Shown here: positions 1 to 10,277 of the stretch, piece by piece
How the letters are laid out: each line of letters opens with the position of its first letter
Numbering within the stretch: the first letter of the stretch is position 1
Program-made: the position numbers and the translations under genes
Notes under the pieces: model-generated
Told to the model about the DNA's origin: nothing
The model's database searches: none
The model's input: only the letters and a program-made list of their open reading frames with translations
DNA from: Octopus sinensis
Lineage: Eukaryota
Assembly (NCBI RefSeq): GCF_006345805.1
Contig: NW_021832919.1
Span: forward strand, 1 to 29,253
Length of the DNA: 29,253 nucleotides
Direction of reading: 5' to 3'

Positions 1-122
1 CCTACGTAAAACACTTTCAATACAGTGAAAATAAGAGCATCATCACAACAAACCACAGCACATACCCAAGGCACACAGAGCTGCGCTCGTAGAGCATCAA
101 AAGCACGTGAGAAAAAATACTA

Positions 123-125
<3 letters not shown>
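1..125 (+). mobile_element. 3' end of an R4/Dong-like non-LTR retrotransposon (family 1), cut by the window start
   Basis: cta cgt aaa aca ctt tca ata cag tga = LRKTLSIQ*, which parallels ILRKILSM* of the downstream units. A distinct ~95-bp 3' UTR then runs into (AAT)n at 126. Confidence 0.6.
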
Positions 126-162
<37 letters not shown>

Positions 163-163
<1 letters not shown>

Positions 164-400
164 CAGGAAACCCAAAATGGCAGAAATTCAAAAGATAGTG
201 CTCATGGGAACTGCCCATATCCTACGCAAAATACTTTCTATGGTTTCTTAAACATTCTCTAGAACAACACTATGTACAAAACCAAATATATGGCACCCTA
301 GGCATAACACCAACATGAACTTCCAACTCGTTGTCTCCTGAGGTCTCTGGGTGAGACTTGGAGCCAACTTGTACAAATGTAAAGCAAAAGTTAAACATAA

Positions 401-432
<32 letters not shown>

Positions 433-710
433 CAGGAAACCCCAAAATGGCAGAAATTCAAAAGGTAGTGCTCATGGGAACTGCGCCCATATCCTACGCA
501 ACAATACTTTCTATGTAATCTTAAATTTTAAAACAAACAATTTTCTTATTGTTTCTTAACATTCTCTAGAACAATACTATGTAAAACAAAACCAAATATA
601 TGGCACCGCTAGGCATAACACCAACATGAACTTCCAACTCGTTGTCTCTTGGGGACTCTGGGTGAGACTTGGAGCCAACTTGTACAAATACAAAGCAAAA
701 GTTAAACATA

Positions 711-775
<65 letters not shown>

Positions 776-1397
776 ATAATAATAATAATACCAGGAAACC
801 CCAAAATGGCAGAAATTCAAAAGGTAGTGCTCATGGGAACTGCCCATATCCTACGCAAAATACTTTCTATGTAATCTTAAATTTTAAAACAAACATAATT
901 TTCTTATGGTTTCTTAAACATTCTCTAGAACAATACTATGTACAAAACCAAATATATGGCACCCTAGGCATAACACCAACATGAACTTCCAACTCGTTGT
1001 CTCTTGGGGACTCTGGGTGAGACTTGGAGCCAACTTGTACAAATACAAAGCAAATTAAACATATATATAATAATATAATAATAATAATAAAATATATAAT
1101 AATAAAATGATATAATAAAATAACCAGGAAACCCCAAAATGGCAGAAATTCAAAAGATAGTGCTCATGGGAACTGCCCATATCCTACGCAAAATACTTTC
1201 TATGTAATCTTAAATTTTAAAACAAACATAATTTTCTTAAGGTTTCTTAAACATTCTCTAGAACAACACTATGTAGAAAACCAAATATATGGCACCCTAG
1301 ACATAACACCAACATGAACTTCCAACTCGTTGTCTCTTGGGGACTCTGGGTGAGACTTGGAGCCAACTTGTACAAATACAAAGCAAAAGTTAAACAT
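163..1397 (+). mobile_element. Four tandem 5'-truncated R4/Dong-like 3' ends (family 2), separated by (AAT)n
   Basis: Units at 163-398, 432-708, 791-1062 and 1124-1397 all start ccaggaaac and encode PGNPKMAEIQK(I/V)VLMGTAHILRKILSM*. This resembles the QKxVLLGTAxILRKxL C-terminus of restriction-like-endonuclease (R4/Dong) elements. Each unit ends aaagcaaaagttaaacat plus (AAT)n. Confidence 0.75.
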
Positions 1398-1398
1398 A

Positions 1399-1444
<46 letters not shown>

Positions 1445-1454
1445 GATGATGGTG

Positions 1455-1632
1455 GTGGTTTCAAATATTGCCACAAGGGCAGCAGTTTTAGGGGAGGGCA
1501 TGAGTCGATTACATCGACACCAGCGTTCAACAGGTGCTTTTAATTTATCGACCTCGGAAGGACGAAAGGTAATGTCGACCTCTACGGAATTTGAACTCGG
1601 AACGTAGCGACCGGCGAAATACTGCTAAGCTT
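1455..1632 (-). mobile_element. SINE head C with alternative tail, diverged
   Basis: Minus strand has a B box (gagttcaaattcc) and cctttcgtccttccgaggtcgataaatt. The tail differs from other C copies but matches 7683-7836. Confidence 0.75.
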
Positions 1633-1904
1633 CTGCAGTGCTTATAAATATAGACGACTTGGTCAAGACACGCTAAGCAACAACAACAACAGCAGCAATA
1701 ATAACAGAAGCAGTGCATGTACGAAGATGTTTATAAACTATTTCAAATATTAAATTCGAAAACATAAACCAATTCCAAATTCCAGGAAACCGGAAAGAAC
1801 CGGGTCGATGTCGGCCGGGTCTGACGTTACATAACGTAAATTGAGGTCTGCGCTTCTTGAGATAAGATATACATCGACATATCACCATATACACGTGTGT
1901 GCGT

Positions 1905-2048
1905 GTATATATTATATATATATACACACATACTTACATATATATATATTATTATATATATATAATATATATACACACACATACATAGGTATGTATGTAT
2001 GTTTGTACGTATATATATACACACACATACATAGGTTGTATGTTTGTA

Positions 2049-2093
<45 letters not shown>

Positions 2094-2445
2094 CATGTGT
2101 GTGTGTATTTGTGTTACACACACACATACATACGGATGTGTGGCCAAACGATATATATACATACATAAACATATATAAATATACATGCATATGTGTATGT
2201 ATGCATCATATAATGTATATATATATGTATATATATATATATATATATATAAGCATATATATATATATATATATATAATATATATATATACTATATATAT
2301 ACAATATATAATATATATATATATATATAGAGCATACCTATATATATATATATATATATACATACATAGGTATGTATGTATGTTTGTACGTATGTATATA
2401 TATATATATATATGATGTATGTATGTATATATATATGTGATATAT
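1905..2445. repeat. Compound (TA)n/(CA)n/(TATG)n microsatellite
   Basis: Directly visible; it generates the Y/I-rich spurious ORFs. Confidence 0.95.
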
Positions 2446-2574
2446 AGACACAGCAAAAGCTGAATGAAGAGCGGTAGGCTCTTGGAATACTAATTCTACT
2501 AATATGTCCGGGTTGCTGGGTATCTCAACGCGCTGATTGGTTAACAGTTTGACCAATGAAAAGCTGATAAAACC

Positions 2575-3262
2575 GGAGAGAGAAAGAGGAAGAGAAAGAA
2601 AAGAAAAGACAAACGAAAGAGTGAGAAAAGATAGTGAGAAAGAGAGAGAGACAGAGAGTGAGAGAGAGAGAGAGAAAGAGCAAAGGAAAAAAAGAAAACA
2701 GTTCATTCACCTACCTCCCCCCGCGCCCCACCACCTCCCCTCGTTCACTTCCCGTTGCTGCATCTGTCTCTCTCTTTCTCTCTCTGTGTGTGCGTGCGTA
2801 TGTACTTGTGTGTGTGTGGTGTGTGTGTGTGTGTGTCCCCTAGCTTTTCTCTCTCTCTCTCTCTCTGCACACAAACACGTTCTGTCATTAATTTCGGTCG
2901 CCTTCAGCCTTCAGGGGCGTTCATTGTATCACCTACAATACATATATATATATATATATATAATATAGATATACACACGTACATACATACATACCTACAT
3001 ACATACACACACACACACAATATAACATATTATATATAATATATATATGTATATTCTATATATACCCTACACACACACGTACTATATGTTTACAAAAAAT
3101 TATATTCTCGACAATATTATTTACTTTGCCTTAAAATTCTTTTCTTTCACGGCAATTATATGTGCTTGAATACATATGTGTGTGTGTGGTGTGTTTATAT
3201 ATGTATATATATATATGAATATATATATATCATATCTATATATATATATATATAGATATATA

Positions 3263-3300
<38 letters not shown>
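2575..3300. repeat. Low-complexity (GA)n, (CT)n, (GT)n, (TA)n tracts
   Basis: Directly visible. Confidence 0.9.
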
Positions 3301-3302
<2 letters not shown>

Positions 3303-3433
3303 ACAATCAAGGAACGGCCATAATAGGCCCACTAGAAATAAAGCCAAAGCTAAACCGCAATATTTGCGGTTGAAGCTTTGGCTGTTATTTCTAGTGGGGG
3401 AATGGCCTATTATGGCCGTCCTTGATTGTTGAT
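3299..3433. repeat. Imperfect foldback palindrome
   Basis: 3299-3360 (atcaacaatcaagg...aaccgcaa) is the reverse complement of 3364-3433, with several indels. Confidence 0.9.
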
Positions 3434-3536
3434 GTTGAACTTAAAAATGGTCTATGACTATTTAATTTTTTCCCACTGAGCCGCTGGTGGCAAAAAAATT
3501 CTACAAAATTTTTTTTGCCACCCTATATTGATTAAT

Positions 3537-3571
<35 letters not shown>

Positions 3572-3784
3572 ATATATATAAATGCATATGTATATATATA
3601 TATATATAAGCTTATATATATGTGCATACATACACAGATGCATGTATATTTATATATGTTTATGGATGTATATATATATATCGTTTGTCCACACATCCGT
3701 ATGTATGTGTGTGTATACACAAACACACACACACACACACACATGTATGTATGTATGCATGTAATTACGTATGTATGTATGCAT

Positions 3785-3942
3785 GCAGTTGAAATTTATG
3801 GAAAAACAAAAACTGAAGGCAGGTGCAGAGACAACGAACAATTGCTTTAGTTTGACGCTCGGGAAAAATAGAAAAAGTCTTTGACGTTTCGAGCCTGCGC
3901 TCTTCAGCAGAAAGGAATATGAGGAAATAAAGGGAGGGAGAG

Positions 3943-3945
<3 letters not shown>
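3785..3945 (-). mobile_element. Penelope-like element 3' tail with hammerhead-like motif
   Basis: Minus strand reads cctttctgctgaagagcgcaggctcgaaacgtcaaagac...cccgagcg...cacctgccttc. The downstream part is homologous to 22440-22523 and 22640-22742. Confidence 0.55.
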
Positions 3946-4021
<76 letters not shown>

Positions 4022-4605
4022 GATGCAAACTGGAAGATTAGAACTAAGAATATGAGTTATGTATTAATATTTAGAAGAAGTAACAGAATTTTGAACGTTA
4101 GCATTTATCGAACTAGGATAAGTAGTAACGCACGAAACTCTCAGATTTTGCATTGATATCAATAAGCCACCCACCCGCCCACTCACACACGAATAAACAA
4201 ATACACACTCACATATATGTATATATACATACACATATATACATATGTATCTTTACATATATATGTATGTGTATGGGTGTATTATGTATGTATTGTGAAT
4301 AATACAATACAATACATACATACATGCATACATATATACATGCATGCATACATACATGCATACATACATGCATACGTACATACTAATATACATACATGCA
4401 TGCATACATACATACATATATACATACATACTAATATACTTATATACACACATACATGCATGCCTGCATACATACATACATATATACATACTAATATACA
4501 TTCATGCATGCATGCATACATACTCCCCCCATATATACATACTAATATACATTCATGCATGCATGCATACATACATATATACGTACGTACGTGCGTACAT
4601 ACATA
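3945..4605. repeat. (GA)n(GT)n and (CATA)n/(CATG) compound microsatellites
   Basis: Directly visible at 3945-4021 and 4200-4605. Confidence 0.9.
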
Positions 4606-4606
4606 T

Positions 4607-5022
4607 TAACGTAGGAGTGGCTGTGTGGTAAGTAGCTTGCTTACCAACCACATGGTTCCGGGTTCTTTCCCACTGCGTGGCACCTTGGGCAAGAGTCTTC
4701 TACTATAGCCTCGTACCGACCAAAGCCTTGTGAGTTGATTTTGTAGACGGAAACTAAAAGAAGCCCGTCGTGTATATGTATATGTATGTATGCGTGTTTG
4801 TAAATGTTTCTGTGTCTGTGTTTGTCCCCCCCCCCCACATCGCTTGACAACCGATGCTGGTGTGTTTACGTTCCCATAACCTAGCGGTTCGGTAAAAGAG
4901 ACCGATAAAATAAGTACTAGGCTTGCAAAGAATGAGTCCCGGGGTCGATTTGCTCGACTAAAAGGCGGTGCTCCAGCATGGCCACAGTCAAATGACTGAA
5001 ACAAGTAAAAGATTAAAAGAGT
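4607..5022 (+). mobile_element. tRNA-derived SINE, head A + microsatellite + tail B, full length
   Basis: A box tggctgtgtgg, B-box-like ggttctttcc, CORE-like caccttgggcaag, central microsatellite, and a tail ending gaaacaagtaaaagattaaaagagt. Confidence 0.9.
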
Positions 5023-5349
5023 ATATACATACACACATACATACATTCCAAACTCCATCGGCCAAAACAAGAAAAAGCTGCAACAGCTGAGAAATAATGT
5101 AAATCTACAGATTCTCAAAGACAAACTCTGAAAAGTATTCTTTGCAAGAGATCCTTAATCAGTGATTCTGTCGCAGATTCAACAAAAATAACACTTTATC
5201 TCTCAATAACATCCCACCAACAGAACAAGTTCTAAGTTGACGGAGATCAATTTGAGAAAGAAATTATAAATGATACATTCAATGCGTAAGTCGAATAATT
5301 CCAGCGGTTTTCAACCATTTTTTAATTCACGGACCCCTTACTGTTTCTC

Positions 5350-5657
5350 ACTTCTTTATTGCCTACAAGGGGCTAAACATAGAGGACAAACAAGGGATTC
5401 TCTCTTTCTCATTTCTCTCTTTTACTTGTTTCAGTCATTTGACTGCGGCCATGCTGGAGCACCACCTTTAGTCGAGCAAATCGACTCCCGGGACTTATTC
5501 TTTTGTAAGCCCAGTACTTATTCTATCGGTCTCTTTTTGCCGAACCGCTAAGTGACGGGGACGTAAACACACCAGCATCGGTTGTCAAGCAATGCTAGGG
5601 GGACAAACACAGACACACAAACACACACATGCATATATATATATATATATATATATG
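5350..5657 (-). mobile_element. Tail-B SINE half (5401-5620) abutting a C-tail fragment (5350-5400)
   Basis: Matches the B and C sequences of other copies in the window. Confidence 0.8.
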
Positions 5658-5664
5658 CATTTTG

Positions 5665-5895
5665 GTTGGATGGCGCTTCCACAACATTCCGAGTTCTTTC
5701 ATCGTTGATATTGAATAACACTGTTCGAGAAGAGTGACGAAGGGCAATTAGGCGTAGCCAAATAATGTCAACATCTATCAACTTTCTCAGTCACGCAAAA
5801 CAACCGAAGCTGAAAATTACCGCCCAATATCCTGTCTGGATTATCGTGTATAAGATATACTCTAACGTACCCTCAGCTTGTTTCTACAGGATGAA
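5665..5895 (+). pseudogene. Degraded non-LTR retrotransposon reverse transcriptase fragment
   Basis: gct gaa aat tac cgc cca ata tcc tgt ctg = AENYRPISCL, then after a frameshift IVYKIYSNV. This matches the NYRPIxCLxxxYK motif at the start of LINE RTs. Stops are present upstream. Confidence 0.55.
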
Positions 5896-7075
5896 TGTAC
5901 CTATTTCTTTACTACCCACAAGGGCTAAATATCGACCCCGAAAGGACGAAAGGCAAAGTCGACCTCGACGGAATTTGAACTCAGAACGCAGCGGCAGCAA
6001 CAGACAATACCATTCTTTACTACCCACAAGGGCTAAATATCGACCCCGAAAGGATGAAAGGCAAAGTCAACCTCGACGGAATTTGAACTCAGAACGCAGC
6101 GGCAGACGAAATACCTATTTCTTTACTACCCACAAGGGCTAAATATCGACCCCGAAAGGATGAAAGGCAAAGTCAACCTCGACGGAATTTGAACTCAGAA
6201 CGCAGCGACAGACGAAATACCTATTTCTTTACTACCCACAAGAGCTAAATATCGATCCCGAAAGGACGAAAGGCAAAGTCGACCTCGACGGAATTTGAAC
6301 TCAGAACGCAGCGGCAGACGAAATACTATTTCTTTACTACCCACAAGGGCTAAATATCGACCCCGAAGGACGAAACGAAAGGCAAAGTCGACCTCGACGG
6401 AATTTGAACTCAGAACGCAGCGGCAGACGAAATACCTATTTCTTTACTACCCACAAGGGCTAAATATCGATCCCGAAAGGACGAAAGGCAAAGTCGACCT
6501 CGACGGAATTTGAACTCAGAACGCAGCGGCAGACGAAATACCTATTTCTTTACTACCCACAAGGGCTAAATATCGACCCCGAAAGGATGAAAGGCAAAGT
6601 CAACCTCGACGGAATTTGAACTCAGAACGCAGCGGCAGACGAAATACCTATTTCTTTACTACCCACAAGGGCTAAATATCGACCCCGAAAGGACGAAAGG
6701 CAAAGTCGACCTCGACGGAATTTGAACTCAGAACGCAGCGGCAGACGAAATACCTATTTCTTTACTACCCACAAGGGCTAAATATCGACCCCGAAAGGAT
6801 GAAAGGCAAAGTCGACCTCGACGGAATTTGAACTCAGAACGCAGCGGCAGACGAAATACCTATTTCTTTACTACCCACAAGAGCTAAATATCGATCCCGA
6901 AAGGACGAAAGGCAAAGTCGACCTCGACGGAATTTGAACTCAGAACGCAGCGGCAGACGAAATACCTATTTCTTTACTACCCACAAGGGGCTAAACACAG
7001 AGGGGACAAACAAGGACAGACAGACGGATGAAGTCGATTACATCGACCCCAGTGCGTAACTGGTACCTATTTAAT
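5896..7075 (-). repeat. Tandem array of ten ~106-bp internally deleted SINE-C units plus a terminal undeleted tail
   Basis: Unit starts at about 5901, 6010, 6115, 6221, 6326, 6436, 6542, 6648, 6754 and 6860. An eleventh start at 6966 continues into the full C tail. Confidence 0.95.
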
Positions 7076-7266
7076 TTTTCAGCACCCATTCGTACAAGGT
7101 TCTACAGACGAAACATCCCGTGCGTTCTTCTGTCGCATCTCGCCCCTAGCGAAGTTAAGCAGGTGTCAACGATATCTTCATGTTTAAAGTTTGCTTAAAA
7201 GATTTAAACCCGGATTCAGAATTTTTACAAACAAGTACGATTTTTTTTCTGTCTTAATATCAAAAC

Positions 7267-7641
7267 CGTGGAGGCGCAATGCCCCAGTGGTTAGGGCAGC
7301 GGACTCGTGGTCATAGAATCGCAGTTTCGATTCCCAGACCGGGCGTTGTGAGTATTCATTGAGCGAAAACACTTAAAGCTCCACGAAGCTCCGGCAGGGG
7401 GTGGTGGCGAACCCTGTTTCACCACAACTCTCTCTCACTCTTTCTTCCTGTTTCTTCTGTACCTGTATTTTAAAGGGCCAGCCTTGTCACACTCTGTGTC
7501 ATGCTGAATCTCCCCAAGAACTACTTTACGGGTACACGTGTCTGTGGAGTGCTCAGCCACTTGCACGTTAGTAAATGAGCAGGCTGTTCCGTGGAGTGGA
7601 TCAACTGGAGCCCTCGTCGTCGTAACCGACGGAGTGCCGAA
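7267..7641 (+). mobile_element. tRNA-derived SINE head D, full length with 13-bp TSD
   Basis: A-box-like tgccccagtgg (7280), B box gtttcgattcc (7324). Flanking direct repeat ttaatatcaaaac at 7254-7266 and 7642-7654. Confidence 0.9.
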
Positions 7642-7682
7642 TTAATATCAAAACAAACACAGGTGAAATAATCATTTCTTCT

Positions 7683-7836
7683 GGAAGCACAAGGCCTCTA
7701 ATTTGGGGGGAGGGATTAAGTCGATCACATCGACCCCAGTGCTTAACTGCTACTTAATCTATCGGCCCCGAAAGGATGAAAGGCAAAGTCGACCCCGTCG
7801 ATATTTGAACTCACAATGTGAAGACAGACGAAATAT
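7683..7836 (-). mobile_element. SINE head C with alternative tail, 5'-truncated
   Basis: ccccgaaaggatgaaaggcaaagtcgacc core; tail cacaaggcc...gggggaggg as at 1455. Confidence 0.8.
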
Positions 7837-7858
7837 ATACAAATAGAGACACAAAGAA

Positions 7859-7903
<45 letters not shown>

Positions 7904-8390
7904 CTTGGATGTATGCCCAACTGTTTAGCATATGCCAAATCCGACTCCAGAGGTGTCGACAATTGTTTAGTTTATGCTAAATCCGACTCTGGAAAACCAG
8001 ATAAGCGTTGCCATACTGCACCAGATATGAGGTCAAGGCTTCAATTTACGACTACTGGAATCTTATGGAAGGTTAACAACGAATCTGAGAGAAGTATTTC
8101 CTGTATCTGAAGAGGATACTGGTCTTTGAATTGGAGTTCTTGACATCCAAACAAATAGACTAACTACTTCCTTTTGCGCAGGGTTGCCATGCAGAATGAT
8201 ATCTGGCATCTTCAATGAGTTTTGAAGGTTTTCAATTCTGTGTTGCTTGAAAAGAATTGAGATGATTTAAATCGACATTTTAGCAGAAGTTTGTAATCTA
8301 TATGACCGACATAGAAAATTTAAGAAGGGATCCGCTTAATGGAATTTTAAGGCGTAGATGTTAGAAAGAATTGCTGAAAAGAATTGAATT

Positions 8391-8640
8391 ACATTCTTTT
8401 GTGTTTGGGGAGAGTCATTCTCTTTAACACACTCACTGGTAAAATTTCCACTTATTCCTTATTTTTATTTTTCTAAAATTTCCGTTATGTCTTGCAAATT
8501 TTTCAAAACTATTGAAAAGGTTGCAAGACGCAACGAAAATTTTAGAAAAATAATAAAAAATAAGTGGAAATTCTACCGGTGAGTGTGTTAAATTATAAGA
8601 CACTAAAAGAGAATGACTCTCCCCAGACACAACAGAATAT
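8391..8640. mobile_element. Foldback/MITE-like element with long inverted arms
   Basis: ggggagagtcattctcttt (8407) mirrors aaaagagaatgactctcccc (ends 8624). The arms pair inward to tcttgcaa/ttgcaaga and differ mainly by substitutions plus one ~15-bp indel. Confidence 0.8.
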
Positions 8641-8718
8641 GCTTCAACACACGAACTCACATAAAGAATCTTGCAAACCAAATCCAAAAACGAAATGTAT
8701 TATAGATTTGCATTAAAA

Positions 8719-8822
8719 CAATGGTCCTCAACTAGGGGTCCATATAAGGTTTTTGGTGGACCTCACAAGCAAAATAATAAAATAGGAATCCACAGAAGTG
8801 TTTTAAGGGTCCATGAAAAGTT
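8719..8822 (+). mobile_element. Possible hAT-like MITE 5' end
   Basis: caatggtcctcaac resembles the CAGTGGTTCTCAA hAT terminus. Similar starts occur at 5302 and 26455. No second terminus was found. Confidence 0.3.
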
Positions 8823-8829
8823 GTACAGT

Positions 8830-9240
8830 AGGCGCAGGAGTGGCTGTGTGGTAAGTAGCTTGCTAACCAACCACATGGTTCCGGGTTCAGTCCCACTGCG
8901 TGGCATCTTGGGCAAGTGTCTTCTGCTATAGCCCCGGGCCGACCAATGCCTTGTGAGTGGATTTGGTAGACGGAAACTGAAAGAAGCCTGTCGTATATAT
9001 ATGTATATATATATATATGTGTGTATGTGTGTGTGTGTCTGTGTTTGTCCCCCTAGCATTGCTTGACAACCGATGCTGGTGTGTTTACGTCCCCGTCACT
9101 TAGCGGTTCGGCAAAAGAGACCGATAGAATAAGTACTGGGCTTACAAAGAATTAGTCCTGGGGTCGATTTGCTCGACTAAAGGCGGTGCTCTAGCATGGC
9201 CGCAGTCAAATAACTGAAACAAGTAAAAGAGTAAAAGAGT
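8830..9240 (+). mobile_element. SINE A+B, full length
   Basis: aggcgcaggagtggctgtgtgg ... ggttcagtcc ... microsatellite ... gtaaaagagtaaaagagt. Confidence 0.92.
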
Positions 9241-9402
9241 ATAGTCATGATGAAGCTTTATTTTCTTTCTTTAAATTAGATTTATTTTAAATTAAGAAAG
9301 AAAACAGTTTCAAGATGCTTTTAAGCATTCGGTCAGTGTTTGTGGCCGTTGCACGACAGTCGTCGCGTCATTAAATAAAACGGAATTCAATACAGGAGGT
9401 CA

Positions 9403-9911
9403 TCTCTCTATATATAAACGGCAGTTTGTCTGTCTGTGCGTCCGTGTGTCTGTCAGGTTGTACCCTCACCCTGACCACGGCTTTCAACCGATTCTGATGA
9501 AACTTGACACACACATAGCCCAATGTCATAATTCAAAACTAACGCAGTGAAAATTTTGAAAAGTTCCCCCAGTTCTGAAAAAAATCGATAAATTCGACAA
9601 TTTAATATGCAACACATTTTCTGTTGTAGTTTTCGCAACTTGCCAATCGATTTCACACCACTCATGGTGAAGCTTAATGTTACCCTAAGAAACTTAATTC
9701 TGACGTTAGTTTTCCATGCAATACCTTACCATCAGAAAAAATCGATAAAATCATGCCACTTTGGGAAATCGCGTTCAAATTCAAGATGACATATTTTCGA
9801 CAATATCTTTCACAAATTGGCAGGAAATTAGAGGGAAAGGACTAGATTGGGATTAGTCGTTGCCTACTAGGGGCTCTTACATACCCGGGCAACGCTGGGC
9901 TATGCTGCTAG
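9403..9911 (+). mobile_element. Non-autonomous Helitron
   Basis: 5' TC(tctctatatataaa) after A9402, a (TGTC)n tract near the 5' end, a subterminal hairpin cccgggcaacgctggg (9884-9899), and 3' CTAG (9908-9911) followed by T. This gives an A|T insertion with no TSD. Confidence 0.85.
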
Positions 9912-9979
9912 TCTGAAATACTTCCCAACCTGTTTTGTAACTGTAGTTTAATCGTTAATCTTTTATATTTAATCTTTAA

Positions 9980-10215
9980 TCTTTTATCTTTTACTTGTTG
10001 CAGTCATTAGACTGCGGCTATGCCGGGGCACCGGCGACGGCCATCGAAAGTTTTTCAGGCGAACGAATAGAGGCTAGTATTTATTTATTTATTCATTTAT
10101 TTAAGCCTGGTACTTATTCTATCGGCCTGTTTTGCTGAACCGCTAAGTTACAGGGAAGTAAATAAACTAACAGTATACTAGTCATGCGGTGGTGATGGAC
10201 AATTACAATGACTCA
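9980..10215 (-). mobile_element. Old diverged tail-B SINE half
   Basis: cttttacttgttgcagtcattagactgcggctatgc...tacttattctatcgg...aaccgctaagttac. Confidence 0.75.
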
Positions 10216-10277
10216 CTTACACAAACACGCACACACATACATACATGCATATATATATACATATATAGATATATATA

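Noticed and set aside
163-1443. Repeat-spacer array at the window start as CRISPR or a multi-exon gene
   Set aside because: The intervening segments are (AAT)n and the repeats are ~275-bp LINE ends.
2510-2560. Opposed CCAAT boxes (gattgg...gaccaat) as a promoter; also ETS/CRE-like words at 1790-1835
   Set aside because: Short motifs are expected by chance and no adjacent transcription unit is supported.
1827-4631. Long Y/I/H/M/C-rich ORFs, up to 209 aa
   Set aside because: These are translations of stop-poor dinucleotide and tetranucleotide microsatellites.
5896-7075. CRISPR-like regular repeat array
   Set aside because: Units are contiguous near-identical SINE fragments with no unique spacers, there are no cas genes, and the context is eukaryotic.
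7267-7345. tRNA gene
   Set aside because: It has A/B boxes but no clean cloverleaf or acceptor stem, continues into a SINE body, and is flanked by a 13-bp TSD.
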